Shown piece by piece: positions 39,061 to 51,371 of a DNA stretch of 64,000 bases. This DNA comes from Pseudovirgaria hyperparasitica (Eukaryota). The notes under the pieces were generated by a model, which did no database searches, was not told the DNA's origin, and worked only from the letters and a program-made list of their open reading frames with translations. Each line of letters starts with the position of its first letter. The stretch's first letter is position 1. Where the stretch lies: the NCBI GenBank assembly GCA_010093815.1, contig ML996583.1. One strand, 5' to 3'. The translations under genes and the position numbers were made by a program.

Positions 39061-39759
39061 TGCGCGCCTCTGAAAATTGGTAGTCTATTGCTGATTGTTA
39101 CTGACACGAGCTCCCAATATAATTGACATATGCCTTGTTAAGCGCGAAGGAGCAATAAGTCGTCGGTAGACAAAGGGACCGCCACGGTGGTGCAACTCAG
39201 GTACCAGTGTAACGAGGATAGATGCGCCGAGGGAGCTGCGAGGAAGATGCAGTGATCTAAATCGGCAGACGAGTTTGATTCTTTGTTGACAGTATGAATT
39301 GTGTGTGCGGGATTTCGTTCGCCGGCTTCACCGGGACCGTCAAACGGTGGTCTGCGCTTGGGGTTTAGAGAGCCGTACGAGCAAAGCTTACCAGAAGCGT
39401 ATGCAGGATAGCGGCGTAGGTAAGGCTTGGGCGTGCGTACGTGTGCGCAGGTGTTTGGAGGTTTGGCTTGTGCGGTTCGAGCCTGAAACAAGAGGAGGAT
39501 GAGTTGAGGTGAGTTGAGGTCGGCGGGATACGGGGTGTGCGACAGGACAGCCTGAATGGTGGGCGGGAGATTAGAGGAGGAATTGAGGTGGCATTCCAGA
39601 AGGTGAGGAAAAGCCAATGACCAGCAGCAACAGGTCAATCAGAGAGTTGAATAAGGCGTAAGAAGTGGAAGAGAGAAGGTTGTGGTGTGGATTCGCGGAG
39701 AAGGAGAGGTAGAGGGACTGGGTTTGACGATAGATGGTTGTGATGGATGGCGGTTGGTG

Positions 39760-40055
39760 CTTGTGGTGGTGGTGGAGGTGGTAGTGGTAGTGGTAATGGT
39801 AGTAGTGGAGTAGTCGTAAGGGGCAGGGCCGGGCAGGGCCTAGGAGGAGGGCAAGTCAGGCAAAAGGTCATCAAGCGTGCAACAGTGCAGCAGCAGCAGC
39901 TAAGGAAAAAGTAGGCGATAAGCGGGGGAATGAAAGAAAAAGAATGGGTGGTGGGTGGTGGTGTGGCGGGCAACGGGCAACGGGCAACGGGCGAGCAAAG
40001 CATGGATGGCCGGGGGGACGTACGTGGGCATGGGCATGGGCAAAGCATGGGCAGC
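39760..40055. repeat. G-rich simple-repeat cluster upstream of the RasGAP gene
   Basis: (GGT/AGT)n, (GGGCAGGGCC)2, (GCA)n, (GGGCAAC)3-4 and (GGGCAT)n, read directly. Confidence 0.85.
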
Positions 40056-43000
40056 AACCAGCTCCAGACATACCAATTATCATTTCACGAGTGGGCAAAA
40101 CAGTTTCAGAACTCAATACCAGCCTAGCCAAGTCGCTAAATCTCCCTATTAGCCGCCATTCCACCATCTTGACCCCTGATCGGCGGCGCTCTCTACTTTC
40201 GTCTCATCTGAAAAGAATGCGCCATACAGTCAGTCTGTCAGACATGGCTTGGGAGAATGTTTGCAGTCGGAGATACACTTTACACAGTATCTTCATCAAG
40301 AATGTTGCAGCGACCAGACCCATCCACGACTCCTCAGCTGCCTCTGTCGCATCGGTTACCGGTTACCATCTAATTATTGCCAATTACAACGAGACCGGCC
40401 AGCACAGGTGAGCAGGCAAGCACACGCACGCACACTATTGTTTGAAGATTCATCATTCATCTGCCACGGACCCGCCCAGCAATCTGCACTTTTGGCCATG
40501 GATGATGGTCCCATCTGTTCTCTCTTTTTCCTTTGGTAGCATCGCCTCCCCCTTCCTCTCACATATTTTCTTTACCTCTCGTCAATCGAGCACGGATACC
40601 CGTTGAGCTCGTGCTAGTGTGCCCCGGCTTGTCGTTTAATCGCCTATGCAGAGGTCCACATGCGTAGTTGGGTATTATACAATAGTACAGAGCACTTGTA
40701 ACTAATGGCTATAGGCGCCAGCCCAGAACCAGGGCCAGGTACCCGTGCCAGTCCCAATGTTCCCTGCACCTGCGTCGCTTTTTCGTTCTCGCCCGCTTTA
40801 CTGCCGCGGGACCTCTAAAATATCAATTAGCTAGTGCCTCAGTACAGTACGCTACAAAACAATGATGAGATGGTAATGTCAAAGGATCAAGGAGTAAACT
40901 GCCTTACTGTTCGATGTTCAGACGCTCAAGTACTGCCCACACAGCTTTGAAGTACATAAAGCCTCCTCTATACCCTCTAGACACATCCTGCAGCTGCTGT
41001 ACTACTCTCGCATGTTGACAGTCACAGTCATACCTCCACAGATCTCGGCAATATCGGTAGGTTTCCTTAGCAAAGGGTTCGGTTCAACAGTCGCCCGTAA
41101 CTAGACCACGCGGCCTTGTCTCCCACAACCTTTCGGACTCCAGCTTATCCAGCGCCATTCGAAAAGCTGGGTGGTGTGTTCTTGGTCAGCCACTGCATCT
41201 ACTGCCAGCCCTACCTAGGTATCGCGTCACATGCCTGATCGCAATGGCCCCTTTTGGGCTCCCGTCTTTGCCGTGGCTGCTTTCAACTTTCTGCTCTGCC
41301 GTTGCTAGCTTTATACACTTGACAGGAACCAGTCTGGCTTGCGATGCCAGCTGATGCGCCACAAGCCCTTGAACCGTAACATTGTGTCTTAGCCTGTCGT
41401 GCCTGACGTCGACTTGTCTTTTAGCCTCTGAGTTTCTTTTTCATCTCAATTTGGGCTCTGAGCTAACATAAATGCGTCTTATCCATCATTCCCAGTGCGC
41501 AACTTCCACCCGAAGTCACAATCCACTCAACAGATCGCATTCACAGTTCTCCCACAAACGCTGTAGAAGTTCGCTTGGTAAAGAACGAGAGCACTGATCA
41601 ATTCTCCTATTAGGAATAGCCTCAGCTGTCCCGACAGAATTATCAGTTTATCACCCACGATGTCGTTTCGGGCCGCAGCGCTTCATCCTGGCAACATGTG
41701 AACACTTTCATCATCATCATCATCATCTCCATCGTCATCATCATCACTATCGTCACAGGCACCACCATTTCTTTCGTTTCCATCATCCTTTTTGCAGTCT
41801 AGCCAGTAGCTAGACCTCGTGGCGGACATTTCCAAGCCTAATTGAGAGCACGGGATACCTGTCTGGTACCTAGGTAGTAACAACTACGCACGCGCTTGGC
41901 AACCATATTCCAAAATGGGAATACTAGATGTCGTGACTCGTGGCCAAAGTACTGACTCCCACTACTTTTCGCTACGTTCCACGACAAGCCCTAAGCCTTT
42001 CTTCGGCATGCCGCATGCCGTATGCAGGGCCAGCTTGATAGACACACGGACCAATGGTCTTCAGGCTTCAAGATCGTGCGTGCATAGATGCGATTACGTG
42101 CACGTCCCTCCTGTATGCATACCTAACCCTATGCAACTAAGTTTCTACCCAATATCCAGCAATGTAGACATGAGAAATCCGACCGCCCAGACTTTGCTCC
42201 TCGCGCGACCAATTTCTTTCGATACGGATTTTCGCAAAATACCCCGGCAATCGAAACTCATTACGCTAAGCCACCACCTGAAACAACACCTAGGAGCTTT
42301 CGAAGCCGATCTCCATAAGACAGGAACAAGATTCAACCACTGGGGAAAAAGATGGAGATCGCCAACTTTAATGCTGGTCATGTCGTAGACCTCAGCTTCC
42401 CGGAGCGCGTGACTTTCCCCATGCCATCGAAAAGGCAGTACCCCCATGGGGTTTCATTGTCCTGATCTACGCATCGAGCACAGCTTACATGCAGCCTGTC
42501 TCTGCGTCCGCCCATCTTCCGAACCTCAAGATATGCGCATATCAAGTGCAGAGATGTGATGCAGTGAAGTTTCCGGGGTACACCGTATCCGGAATGTATA
42601 GATTACGACTTCTCCACGTTCTTGCGATTAGAGCATATCAGACGTCTGGCTTTCATGGCCTTTCCGTATACCTCCACCCTCTAGGTAATACCTACCTCCT
42701 TACCTAGGCAGGTCTAACGTCAAAGTCTTGGCACTTCACCCGCATACACCTTACCCAAAGAAAATATTCCTTAATCCAACCTTCGACCCACCAACACGAT
42801 TCGGAATGTACACACATCCAAACGCAACACAGCATTCTCGCATCGCGATCACGTTACACCAGGCGCCGACCACCCTCAGCACTCTCACCACGCACCGCAT
42901 CGCCGTTCTCGCTCATCGGCTCTGCCCTCCACCCCCGCAAGCCTCGACAATATCCTCATCCAGTCGTATCGAGCAGCATACAAAAAAAAGCCACGAGATT

Positions 43001-43202
43001 GCGCAGTGTACCACTCTTGCGCACGAGACGAGGCCAGCGACATGTCTAGGGAGGGGGGGTGTGGCTCGTCGCGATGTCCTCGGGTTTCTAACAAAGGAAA
43101 GGCAAGGTGCGTAGATCTACATTGAGTCGCGACCGCATACTATATGTGCACCTTTGCAAGTCATCCGCACTACTGATGCCTGCGCGGATTCCTGGATTGC
43201 CA

Positions 43203-43608
43203 TGCTGCTGCTGCTGCTGCTACTACTACTACTACTGAACTACTACTGCTACTGCTACTGCTGTTAGGTAGCATTCGCAAACACCACTTAATCTCGTTCC
43301 CGAGCCAGCACACAATCACCTACTACATCCTCGTGCTGTGCTTGTCCCTGTCTGCACATATATACATATATAACACATAGACAGAGCACCACACAAACTG
43401 CACCTCCCCCTCTACTTCTGTACAGAGAGTAGAGTAGATTAGACGATTAGAGTCCCATGCAGATAATCCCAATCCTATGTATACATGGATACATCCATCC
43501 ATCCATCTGCTGATCTCACACGGCGCTGCCGCCGTGCCGTGCCGTGCCCGAACCCAACGCACCCCAGCCATCGCATTGCACACACACACACTCTCTCTCT
43601 CTCTCTCA
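43203..43608. repeat. Microsatellite cluster: (CTG)n(CTA)n, (ATCC)n, (GCCGT)n, (CA)n(CT)n
   Basis: Read directly in the 39-45 kb intergenic region. Confidence 0.85.
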
Positions 43609-45177
43609 ATTTCTCACCTTCTCACTCTCCACACATAGCCCCAATGCATGCAGGTAACATGCAAGCATGACAAGCTGACAAGGAAAAATCGGCATCGATA
43701 ACGACGCCGCCTGCTGCGAGATAAGCGACATCGGGCGGGAGGGGGAAAGGCCCGTGCGAGATCTGATCGAGAGGGTGGATCGACGAATACGATTGCCAAC
43801 CAACCCGTGAGATCAGCACTAGGGGGAGGGGGAGATGAGGGGAAGGGGGGAATATCGAAAGAAACGGGGGTGTTTGGATGTTTTGAATAGCAGACCAGGT
43901 GTATTATTATGCTGTGTGAGTATTGTTATAGGTATACCTGCACTTTTGGCGGATATAGGTGCCAAGGTGGAAGGATGGGAGGGGCACGTATATCAAAGTA
44001 CGTGCAGGCGCGATAAACCCGCACGTAATATTATGATATAGCCTCTACTACGTGCGTACGTACGTGTGTATGTGAAGGTTGAAAAGCTGGCGGGGGGTGT
44101 TAGGGTGGAAGTGTATATAGGTAATAATATGGCATGCACCTACAGTCTAGCTAGAACAAAGAAAAAAGAGAAAAGAAAGAAAAAGAAAACCCCGTCTTTC
44201 TCTACTCCACAAACAAACAAGAACTTCCCAAAAGGAGAAATTGAAAATTGACTCATAACACAATAATATGGAAGGGGAAACAGAGTCGTTACATTCGTGA
44301 AAAGTCGTTCGCATGTCTCAACAAGACCCACCGTGCCAGCCAGCCCTTGGCGTTCCCGAGGGATCTGAGAGCTGAGATCTAAGCACCGCTGAACGGGATC
44401 GATTAACTTGCGTTCGTCATCATCTTTGCATCTTGACCTCCACATAATTCACCAGTAACGGAGCAGGTAAGGTACGATTGACTCATCGCCGCGGACAAAC
44501 ATCGAGAGTCGCACGGAAAAGCATAAACATAAACACTTCCATTGGCGTCGGTGCCCTCTCCGTACCGCCATCAGCAAAGCATCACAAAAGCAAACAAGGC
44601 CTGCATTACATGAACACTCGAGGCCTATATATCGAGGACTTATATGACCAAAGGCAGTCGAGACAGATGGGATCGCAGGCACAACCATGCCATGTGTCCG
44701 CGGATCGAGGCGATCGGTATGGAGTGGGCCGCCCGGTTCGCCTCCACGATCCTGGTGTCTTGATCCTAGCAAGTGGTCCTGGCGGGCGGCTGCCCCACTC
44801 TCTAAACATATGGCTTTTTCCCGTCCACCTAGAGCGGCGAGCTCATCATGGACGTGTGACGCGAAGGGACTTGCTGTACAATGAGGCTGATAAATGCGTC
44901 TGAAGCAAAAAAATAAAAAAAAGCAAGGTGTTAAGATGAAGGCGTATGTGAATAGTGCGTTGGTATCGCCGTCCAGTGCACGAAGAATTCGTTATAGAGA
45001 AAGCTCGGTGTTCGTATAGGCTACTCAAACGCCTTAGCCGTATAGTTAGATGAGATCGGCTCGTTGACGAGTCGCAAAGGTCAACTCGCCGGACGGCAGT
45101 GACTAGCCAATGCAAGGCTAGCGAATGAGCGCCGCGAGGACACTCATGAGACCAAAATATCTATCAGACGTCAGCTA

Positions 45178-47657
45178 TCAGATATATTGAGCATTGGAAC
45201 TCATCAATGCATACATTGAGCCACAGATCGCCCAGTCTCGATGCGCCATACAGGCGTGGAGCCGTGTGAGGCTTATGAGCGACGCTATTGCCAGTGCTGT
45301 GGCAGCTAAGGCGATCATTCGGGCGACCGTTCCTGGGATGAAGACGATGGCGAAGAGAGGGACTAAGAAAGCGAACGGAGACACGAACATGGCTGGATGT
45401 ATAGAGTCCCAAGCGGGTGATAGACTGGCTGTTTCAGGGGCATGGTGAAGTTGCGTTGCCTGTGTTGTTGTGGTATTTATATTGAGCAAATCATCTTTTT
45501 TCGTGAGGAATTGCGTCTCTATCTTGTCGACTGGAGTATGCTGCTCTAGCCAGGAAGTGAAATCATTGATGTCGTCTGTCTTCGGGCCTTCGATGGCTTT
45601 GACCGAGTGGAAAGAGGACAGCGCTTGGTCTGAGACGAGGTTAGGTTTACAGATATCAACAGCTAAGGATCGTACTATATTGTCCCAGCTTCACGTAGAC
45701 CTTCCCCAATATTTCGGTTCTTCGATAGTGTAGATCGTTACCATAACGCGCATCGGCACGCCTTGAGGCAGGTTGTATGCTGCCGTCTCTTCCACGGGGC
45801 GCCATCTGCGCAATGCTCTCGTCTAGAAACCGAAGCTCCTCCTCTAGTTCAGTGATTTCGTCTTGGAGGTGTAGCAGGATTCGGTGGTTGAGATGTTCAA
45901 ACTTCCGATACATAGGTGGTATGCTTTTCTTGTCATCATTTGCATCCTTGGGTTTTTCTGTCATTCGATGCGCTATTAATTCATATCCAGTAATAGTCTC
46001 CCTACTTCTGTCAATAACTTCCGGAGGGGGAAAAGGTGATGGTTGATGTATCTGTGTGTACTGTGGCAAAACGGGTACAGGGGGAGGATTCGGTTGTGGA
46101 TGATACAATGGCACTGGTGATAATCCATATCGTGATGGTGGTTCCATGTACTGGAAAGGCGATACAAAGGGGACAGGTGGACGTGGCGACATAGTCCCTG
46201 GCGCATAGAATCGAGAATCATGCTGCGGTTGCGGGCTTGGACTGTGTAGCATGTGATGCCTTATTTGTTCCTCCTGGGCTCTTAAGCGGGCAGAATGGTC
46301 ATGCTCGACATCGGAAGGACCAGGTGCTGCATTGTTGCTGCCGTAGCGGAATGGCTCTAAGCCTGTGCTGTCTTGGACCTGGTCCTCATAGGGTGCTTTC
46401 GCTGCTTCGTTGTGTTCACTCCCTTGTTCACGGCACTCGTCATCTCCGTCCCCATTTCCTTCATCATCATTGTCACTAGATTCATCACTGCTACTATCGC
46501 TAGCATCATCTGCCGGCTGTTCCGGAGCTCCAGATGCAATCAATGGTGTACCAGGAACACCCGGACTGCTGGCCTTCACAGAAATTTCGGGATGGAGATT
46601 ATGATCATCTCGCTCAACATCTTTGTCATCTGCTGTTTCGAGATGTATGGATGCTGGTGGGGAAGGATATGACCCCATTTGATCTTTCCAATGTGAGATT
46701 GGATCTTGTCGCTGCTTCACTTGGTCGAAAGGTGGAGAAGAGACGTCACTAGCCATTCCGGACACGTCGTAATTGGAAGTATTAAAAGATGGGTCATGCA
46801 TATACTGAAACACGCTTGAGGCGTCGTAGCTAGGCTTTCGTTTCCTTTGACTACTTTGTGGTTCGTCTGAGTCAACGCTGCTCGACTTCCGATATTTTTT
46901 CCGTCTGCGCTTAGATACTCCAGCCTTGTCGTAAGACTTCTGAGTGATTGTTGAATTGCTTCCACTAGATGTTCCTGAAGTTGCGGTCAAACTTGAGAAG
47001 ATTGATGTCAGGGATGGATTTGAATGTATTAGTCCGGCTAGGTCATTTGCATGTTTCTCGAGAGTAGTTCGGTGTGTACGAGAGGGTCGCCTCGATACAA
47101 GACTTCCTTCTTCGACCCCCCGTGTTCTCGCCGACTGTATAGACTTTCCTTGTGTCTTGTATGGGCGGGCACGTCGCTGGCGCTCTGGATCGCCTTCTCT
47201 ACCCTCCAAGATTCGTCCTAATCGCGGGAAGAACCCTCCTGAGTATTTTTCGCTGTTCGATCTTGACGAGTATTTCCGGTCTGAGTGAGTCTTGCGGGAA
47301 ACGATCGGCTCCGTTAATGATCGTGAAGCGCGACCACCAGGACGCGTCTTATTTGGTGCTATTTTATCGCCCGAGGAGCGTGACGGGCGAGTACATTCGT
47401 GAGAAGCTTCAACTGGGTCAGACCGGCTCTTTGGCCTCGATGATCTCTCTCGAAGGTTGGCGGTGTGTGACTGGGCGTCCCGATTATATCTTTTAGCTCC
47501 TTCGTTTGATGGGCCTACGTCAGAGTCAATTTTGAGCGAGCACGGACGGTTTGATGCAATGCTAGAACTCTCATCCTATGTGGTGGGGAAAGAACGTGTT
47601 AGCAATCGAAGGGCAGGAGATAAAAGTGAGTAAAACCGCTACTCTTGAACATACCAT
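45178..47657 (-). CDS. DUF6594-like protein with long disordered N-terminus and C-terminal TM helices, ~784 aa; exons 47657-47655 (ATG only), 47575-45676, 45629-45178
   Basis: The motif GYELIA...PMYRKFEHLNHRILLHLQDEITELEEELRFLD is present. The frame is open upstream of the listed ORF to an acceptor at 47576 (GCTAAC..CATAG), paired with an ATG|GTATGT donor at 47654. Intron 45630-45675 leads into a hydrophobic C-terminus. The start assignment is less certain than the gene. Confidence 0.75.
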
Positions 47658-48976
47658 ACCGAGGAGGCCGCGTGAGGATAAAGCCTTGCAGCGCTTTGGT
47701 GCCAAGCTCGTCGACGAAGTTCATTTGGGTTGGACGCTGGCGACAGCGCAACATGCAACTAGCCGTAAGCGACAGCAGGCTGCTTGGAGGTAGTATAGAT
47801 GGTTTCTGAGTCGCGAGTAGAAGTTGTCATGCCGGCTAAGGAGGATCGCAATAATAACGCCGCCAGCAAAGGCTGTACCACGGCATAGGCTTTGGGACGG
47901 CTACTTTCTTCTGGAGTTTGTTGTCAGGGATGATGGCAGCACGGGTGTGCGTTGGCGGCCAGATAGTAAGGTTTGCCAATTGGAAGCCGACTTCTCCCTT
48001 GGGACTTCGGATCGAGCGTCGATTGCATAAGTGGTGACCACCGTTCTTTAATTGTGCGTTCAGAAGCGGACAGTTGGCCGTTGCACATTGGAAGAGCTTG
48101 ATAACTTTGCATGTCGCATGAAGGGGGGTTTGAATCATTGATGGATCGGAGGGGAAGGCCGCCAGTCAAGGTCGGGTCCTGGTTGGGGAACGAGTCGCGC
48201 GAGTGCGGGACCAACGCCCCCAAAATCCCAAGCCTCCGTTCGTCCTCTGACTGTTATGTGGCTGCCACGCATCCTGGACCATTGGCCGTGGCGTCAAAGT
48301 ATATGTCCATGTCAATGTTCTCCAGTCTCGAAGTGTGGTGTTCTGTCATGGAGCAGAATAACATGCCCTTTCAACGTGGTCATTGCCGGCTGGCGTAGCG
48401 TCTCACAAAGATTCAGGACTAAAGTCAGTAGGTCGATTCAAGGTTAGCATGAAGAAGATGACACTGAGTGGGCTTAGTACTTTCGCACCCTTATGTCATA
48501 TCTGCTTCACATATTGCTCCATCGCTCATGTGCATTCAATGAGATTAATGTATGTGTCTCCTGATCGTCAACATTCCTCTCGTGCTGTGTGGCATCCATG
48601 TGGCTCGTGACATGGTTCCTACGTTTAGCGGTAGGATGCCACTGAATGTTGCGATCTGGAGGAGGACAAGATCGCTTCTGCCTCACTCGGGCTTGAGAAC
48701 ACACCTCCAACGACAATGCGATTCGAGGCTTGTCTTCTGTAACCTGGAATAGTGAATTTGTAGAGATAATGACTCTTGTTCAACGGGAACGATTACACCA
48801 CTGGGTCCGGTGATGATAGCATTGATGATACATTTTTACATCAGATAATGTCGGCTTGCTCTCAACAACCGTCATAAAGCTTCTCTGTCCTTCTATCGAT
48901 GTTGTCGCTTCTCCAAGATGATATGATTTACAGAGGAGTTCCTTCGTTCTTCGCTTCTTCCAATCCATGGACGCAT

Positions 48977-49486
48977 CTATTCCTCCTCGTCATCATCGCC
49001 GCCTTCTGCTCTTGCCATCACGATGGGCTTGACATCTTGCCATTGGCGCTGTATAATTGTCAGTTCATGAGCCATAATCAATGCAAAATCGTGTCCCATG
49101 TCGTGCGTTGGTCTTCGGACGATGATCTGAATATACTATGGCACCTTCTTCTGTTTTCGATGATTGTATATGGACATTGCCCTCGTTGCGGTTGGATTCA
49201 TTACGATGAGGACAGCCGCAGCGCAAGAACGTATTTTGGGTAGTTGGTTGATGACATGACTGGGCGCACTCACCCCTCGGTTTATTGCGCTCCAAAGGCG
49301 CTCTGATCCGGTGTCAAAAGCTAGCTGGATTCCAAAAGCAGTGGCAAAGACCGTGAACAGCATGGTGGTGTTGCGTCTGAAAAGACTGTTGTAGATGGTG
49401 TTAGAGAGCTGTTGAGAGGATATTAGCTGCGAGGCCTGTTTGATTTCTGAGATGGCTGAAGGCATCGCATTGGCACTTACAGGCAT
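48977..49486 (-). CDS. QCR9: Cytochrome bc1 complex subunit 9, 70 aa, 3 exons (49486-49481, 49408-49274, 49048-48977)
   Basis: MP|LSNTIYNSLFRRNTTMLFTVFATAFGIQLAFDTGSERLWSAINRG|RQWQDVK matches the Qcr9 pattern. Introns 49409-49480 and 49049-49273. Confidence 0.93.
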
Positions 49487-49832
49487 CTTGAGCAAGGAAG
49501 CAACCAGGTCTGGACTGTATGGGAGTGCAAAGCAAGGCCTGGATGTCAATTACGAGTATGAAAACTGAGACGAAGTCATAGACTTGAGGTGAGGTTTCGT
49601 TGCGACCCGGAACGCTCGGGCCACTCTCGTGCTTCGTGCTTTGAAAACCAGTCTTCTTGTCTTCTGGTTGGTCAGTCTTCCGGCTCATTCTTTTCTCTCT
49701 GAGCCTTATAGTATCGAGCTATGTACACCATCCGCCCATTTGGGAAGCCATAGACCTTGTACTCATTGAAACGCCTCCTTGATACCATACAACTTTCGGG
49801 GCGCCTTCCGACACGCCTGACGTGTGCCCAAC

Positions 49833-50444
49833 ATGCCCAGCGAGGCATCCACTTCTGAAGACTGCGTGTCGAAATCAGGCATAGCAACCGACACACAAAC
49901 AGGCCAGCGTCACATTCCCTCCAGTACACGAGCAGATGGATCAGTGCGCAAAGAGATTCGAGTAAGACCAGGCTACCGGCCCCCGGAGGATGTAGAGGTG
50001 TACAAGAACAGGACCGCTGAGGCATGGAAAAATCGAGGCAAAGGCGGTGTTCCAGGCGCAGAGCCAGTCAAGAATGACAACGTAGACCAAAGTGCATCGA
50101 GCACAAAGAATGCTAAGCGGAGGGAAGCTCGAAAGAAGGCTGCAGATAAAGCTAGGGAGGCAGGGTTGGACCAGTCGCTGGCCAATACTGCAGACCATGC
50201 GACCGGAACTGCAGTTCCGGTCGTAAATCAGGGGGAAATCATCGATGCTGAAGAGCAGAGAGCCAAAGATGCAAAGAAACTCGCTAAGAAACTTCGACAA
50301 GCAAGAGAACTGAAGGATAAGAAGGATAAAGGCGACCAGTTGTTACCGGAACAGTTTGAGAAGGTCATTCGTATCAACGAACTCATTCGACAACTTAATG
50401 CTCTAGGATTCGATGCAGAGGGTGAGAAGAAGGCCGAGGACTGA
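49833..50444 (+). CDS. PYM1: Partner of Y14-Mago (PYM/WIBG family), 203 aa
   Basis: Mago-binding motif RHIPSSTRADGSVRKEIRVRPGYRPPEDVEVYK, plus C-terminal KKLAKKLRQARELK...LLPEQFEKV. Confidence 0.9.
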   Translation: MPSEASTSEDCVSKSGIATDTQTGQRHIPSSTRADGSVRKEIRVRPGYRPPEDVEVYKNRTAEAWKNRGKGGVPGAEPVKNDNVDQSASSTKNAKRREARKKAADKAREAGLDQSLANTADHATGTAVPVVNQGEIIDAEEQRAKDAKKLAKKLRQARELKDKKDKGDQLLPEQFEKVIRINELIRQLNALGFDAEGEKKAED

Positions 50445-50614
50445 GCGACCGAACTGCTGAAAGTCTCCACTGATCTAGACATTGATCAAGGTCACTCTGC
50501 TTCAACGACTCAAACACCGGAGAAACCAACTATTCTATAGAGAAGTTGGTTCCAAGCTACCCTCTTTGGCGGCTATATAGTCTCCCCGCACGGCTCTATA
50601 CATGTGCACCAAAG

Positions 50615-51371
50615 TCACGACCGGATGTCAATCTTTACAACAACTCCCTGCCTTGTTCTAGTTTCGTTCAGACCCATAGCTGATACCGTGCGCTGGCATA
50701 ATCCTTCATCGACTTCGACGCTTACATTAATCCGCTCTTCGGGCATTATCTCAGTGCTATGAACCATGGATGTCTGACTGTCTCGCGGAACTGATTCGGT
50801 AAATCGTTTGAACAAGCTTTTTTTCGTTTGCCTCACAAGTGCATTTGCTCTCACATCACGGGCCGAACAAGGGCTTTGCGTCTGCACTCGTGGTGAGGAG
50901 AGATGGTCGAATAATGCTCTTTGGAGATCTTCTGTCACTCCGGTTTGTTTCCAGAAGCCAGCCTGGTTCATTATGCCCTCAAGTTGGATAATTCTGACAT
51001 GATCATCGATTGAAAAGCCTACCAAATCGACTCTTGGGATTACTGGTTCGAGCTCGCTTTCTGCGTGACATTTTAGACATTGGACCGCACGATCACTTAG
51101 TATACTCACCGAATCGATACTCCTCCACTTCCGTTTTAGCAGAATTGGCGGGAAGTAATAATACCAGGACTGTTCTCGCAATGCCCATATCTGTTTGCTC
51201 TTTCACCTCAGGGCAGATGTGCTGCTCGACGATAGAACGAATGTGCTGCGACCGTACCATTTCCAATCGGTCAATGATCCTTTGTTCTTGTGGCACTTTT
51301 TCTCTCGCATTCTCATCGACAGAGCTAGCAATGGTCTCCTCGTACGAGGGCAGGAACTCAGCTTTTGGCAT
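50615..51371 (-). CDS. Hypothetical protein, ~235 aa, 2 exons (51371-51110, 51060-50615)
   Basis: Two ORFs are joined in frame by the 49-nt intron 51061-51109 (GTGAGT..CTAAA..CAG). N-terminal LPSYEE (PY-like) motif. Confidence 0.7.

Noticed and set aside
39138..40562. Multiple 60-170 aa ORFs upstream of gapA
   Set aside because: They are low-complexity, mostly have non-ATG starts, and show no domain-like content or splice support.
40862..40930. ATGATGA C-box-like motif (C/D snoRNA?)
   Set aside because: There is no D box (CTGA) or terminal stem at a suitable distance.
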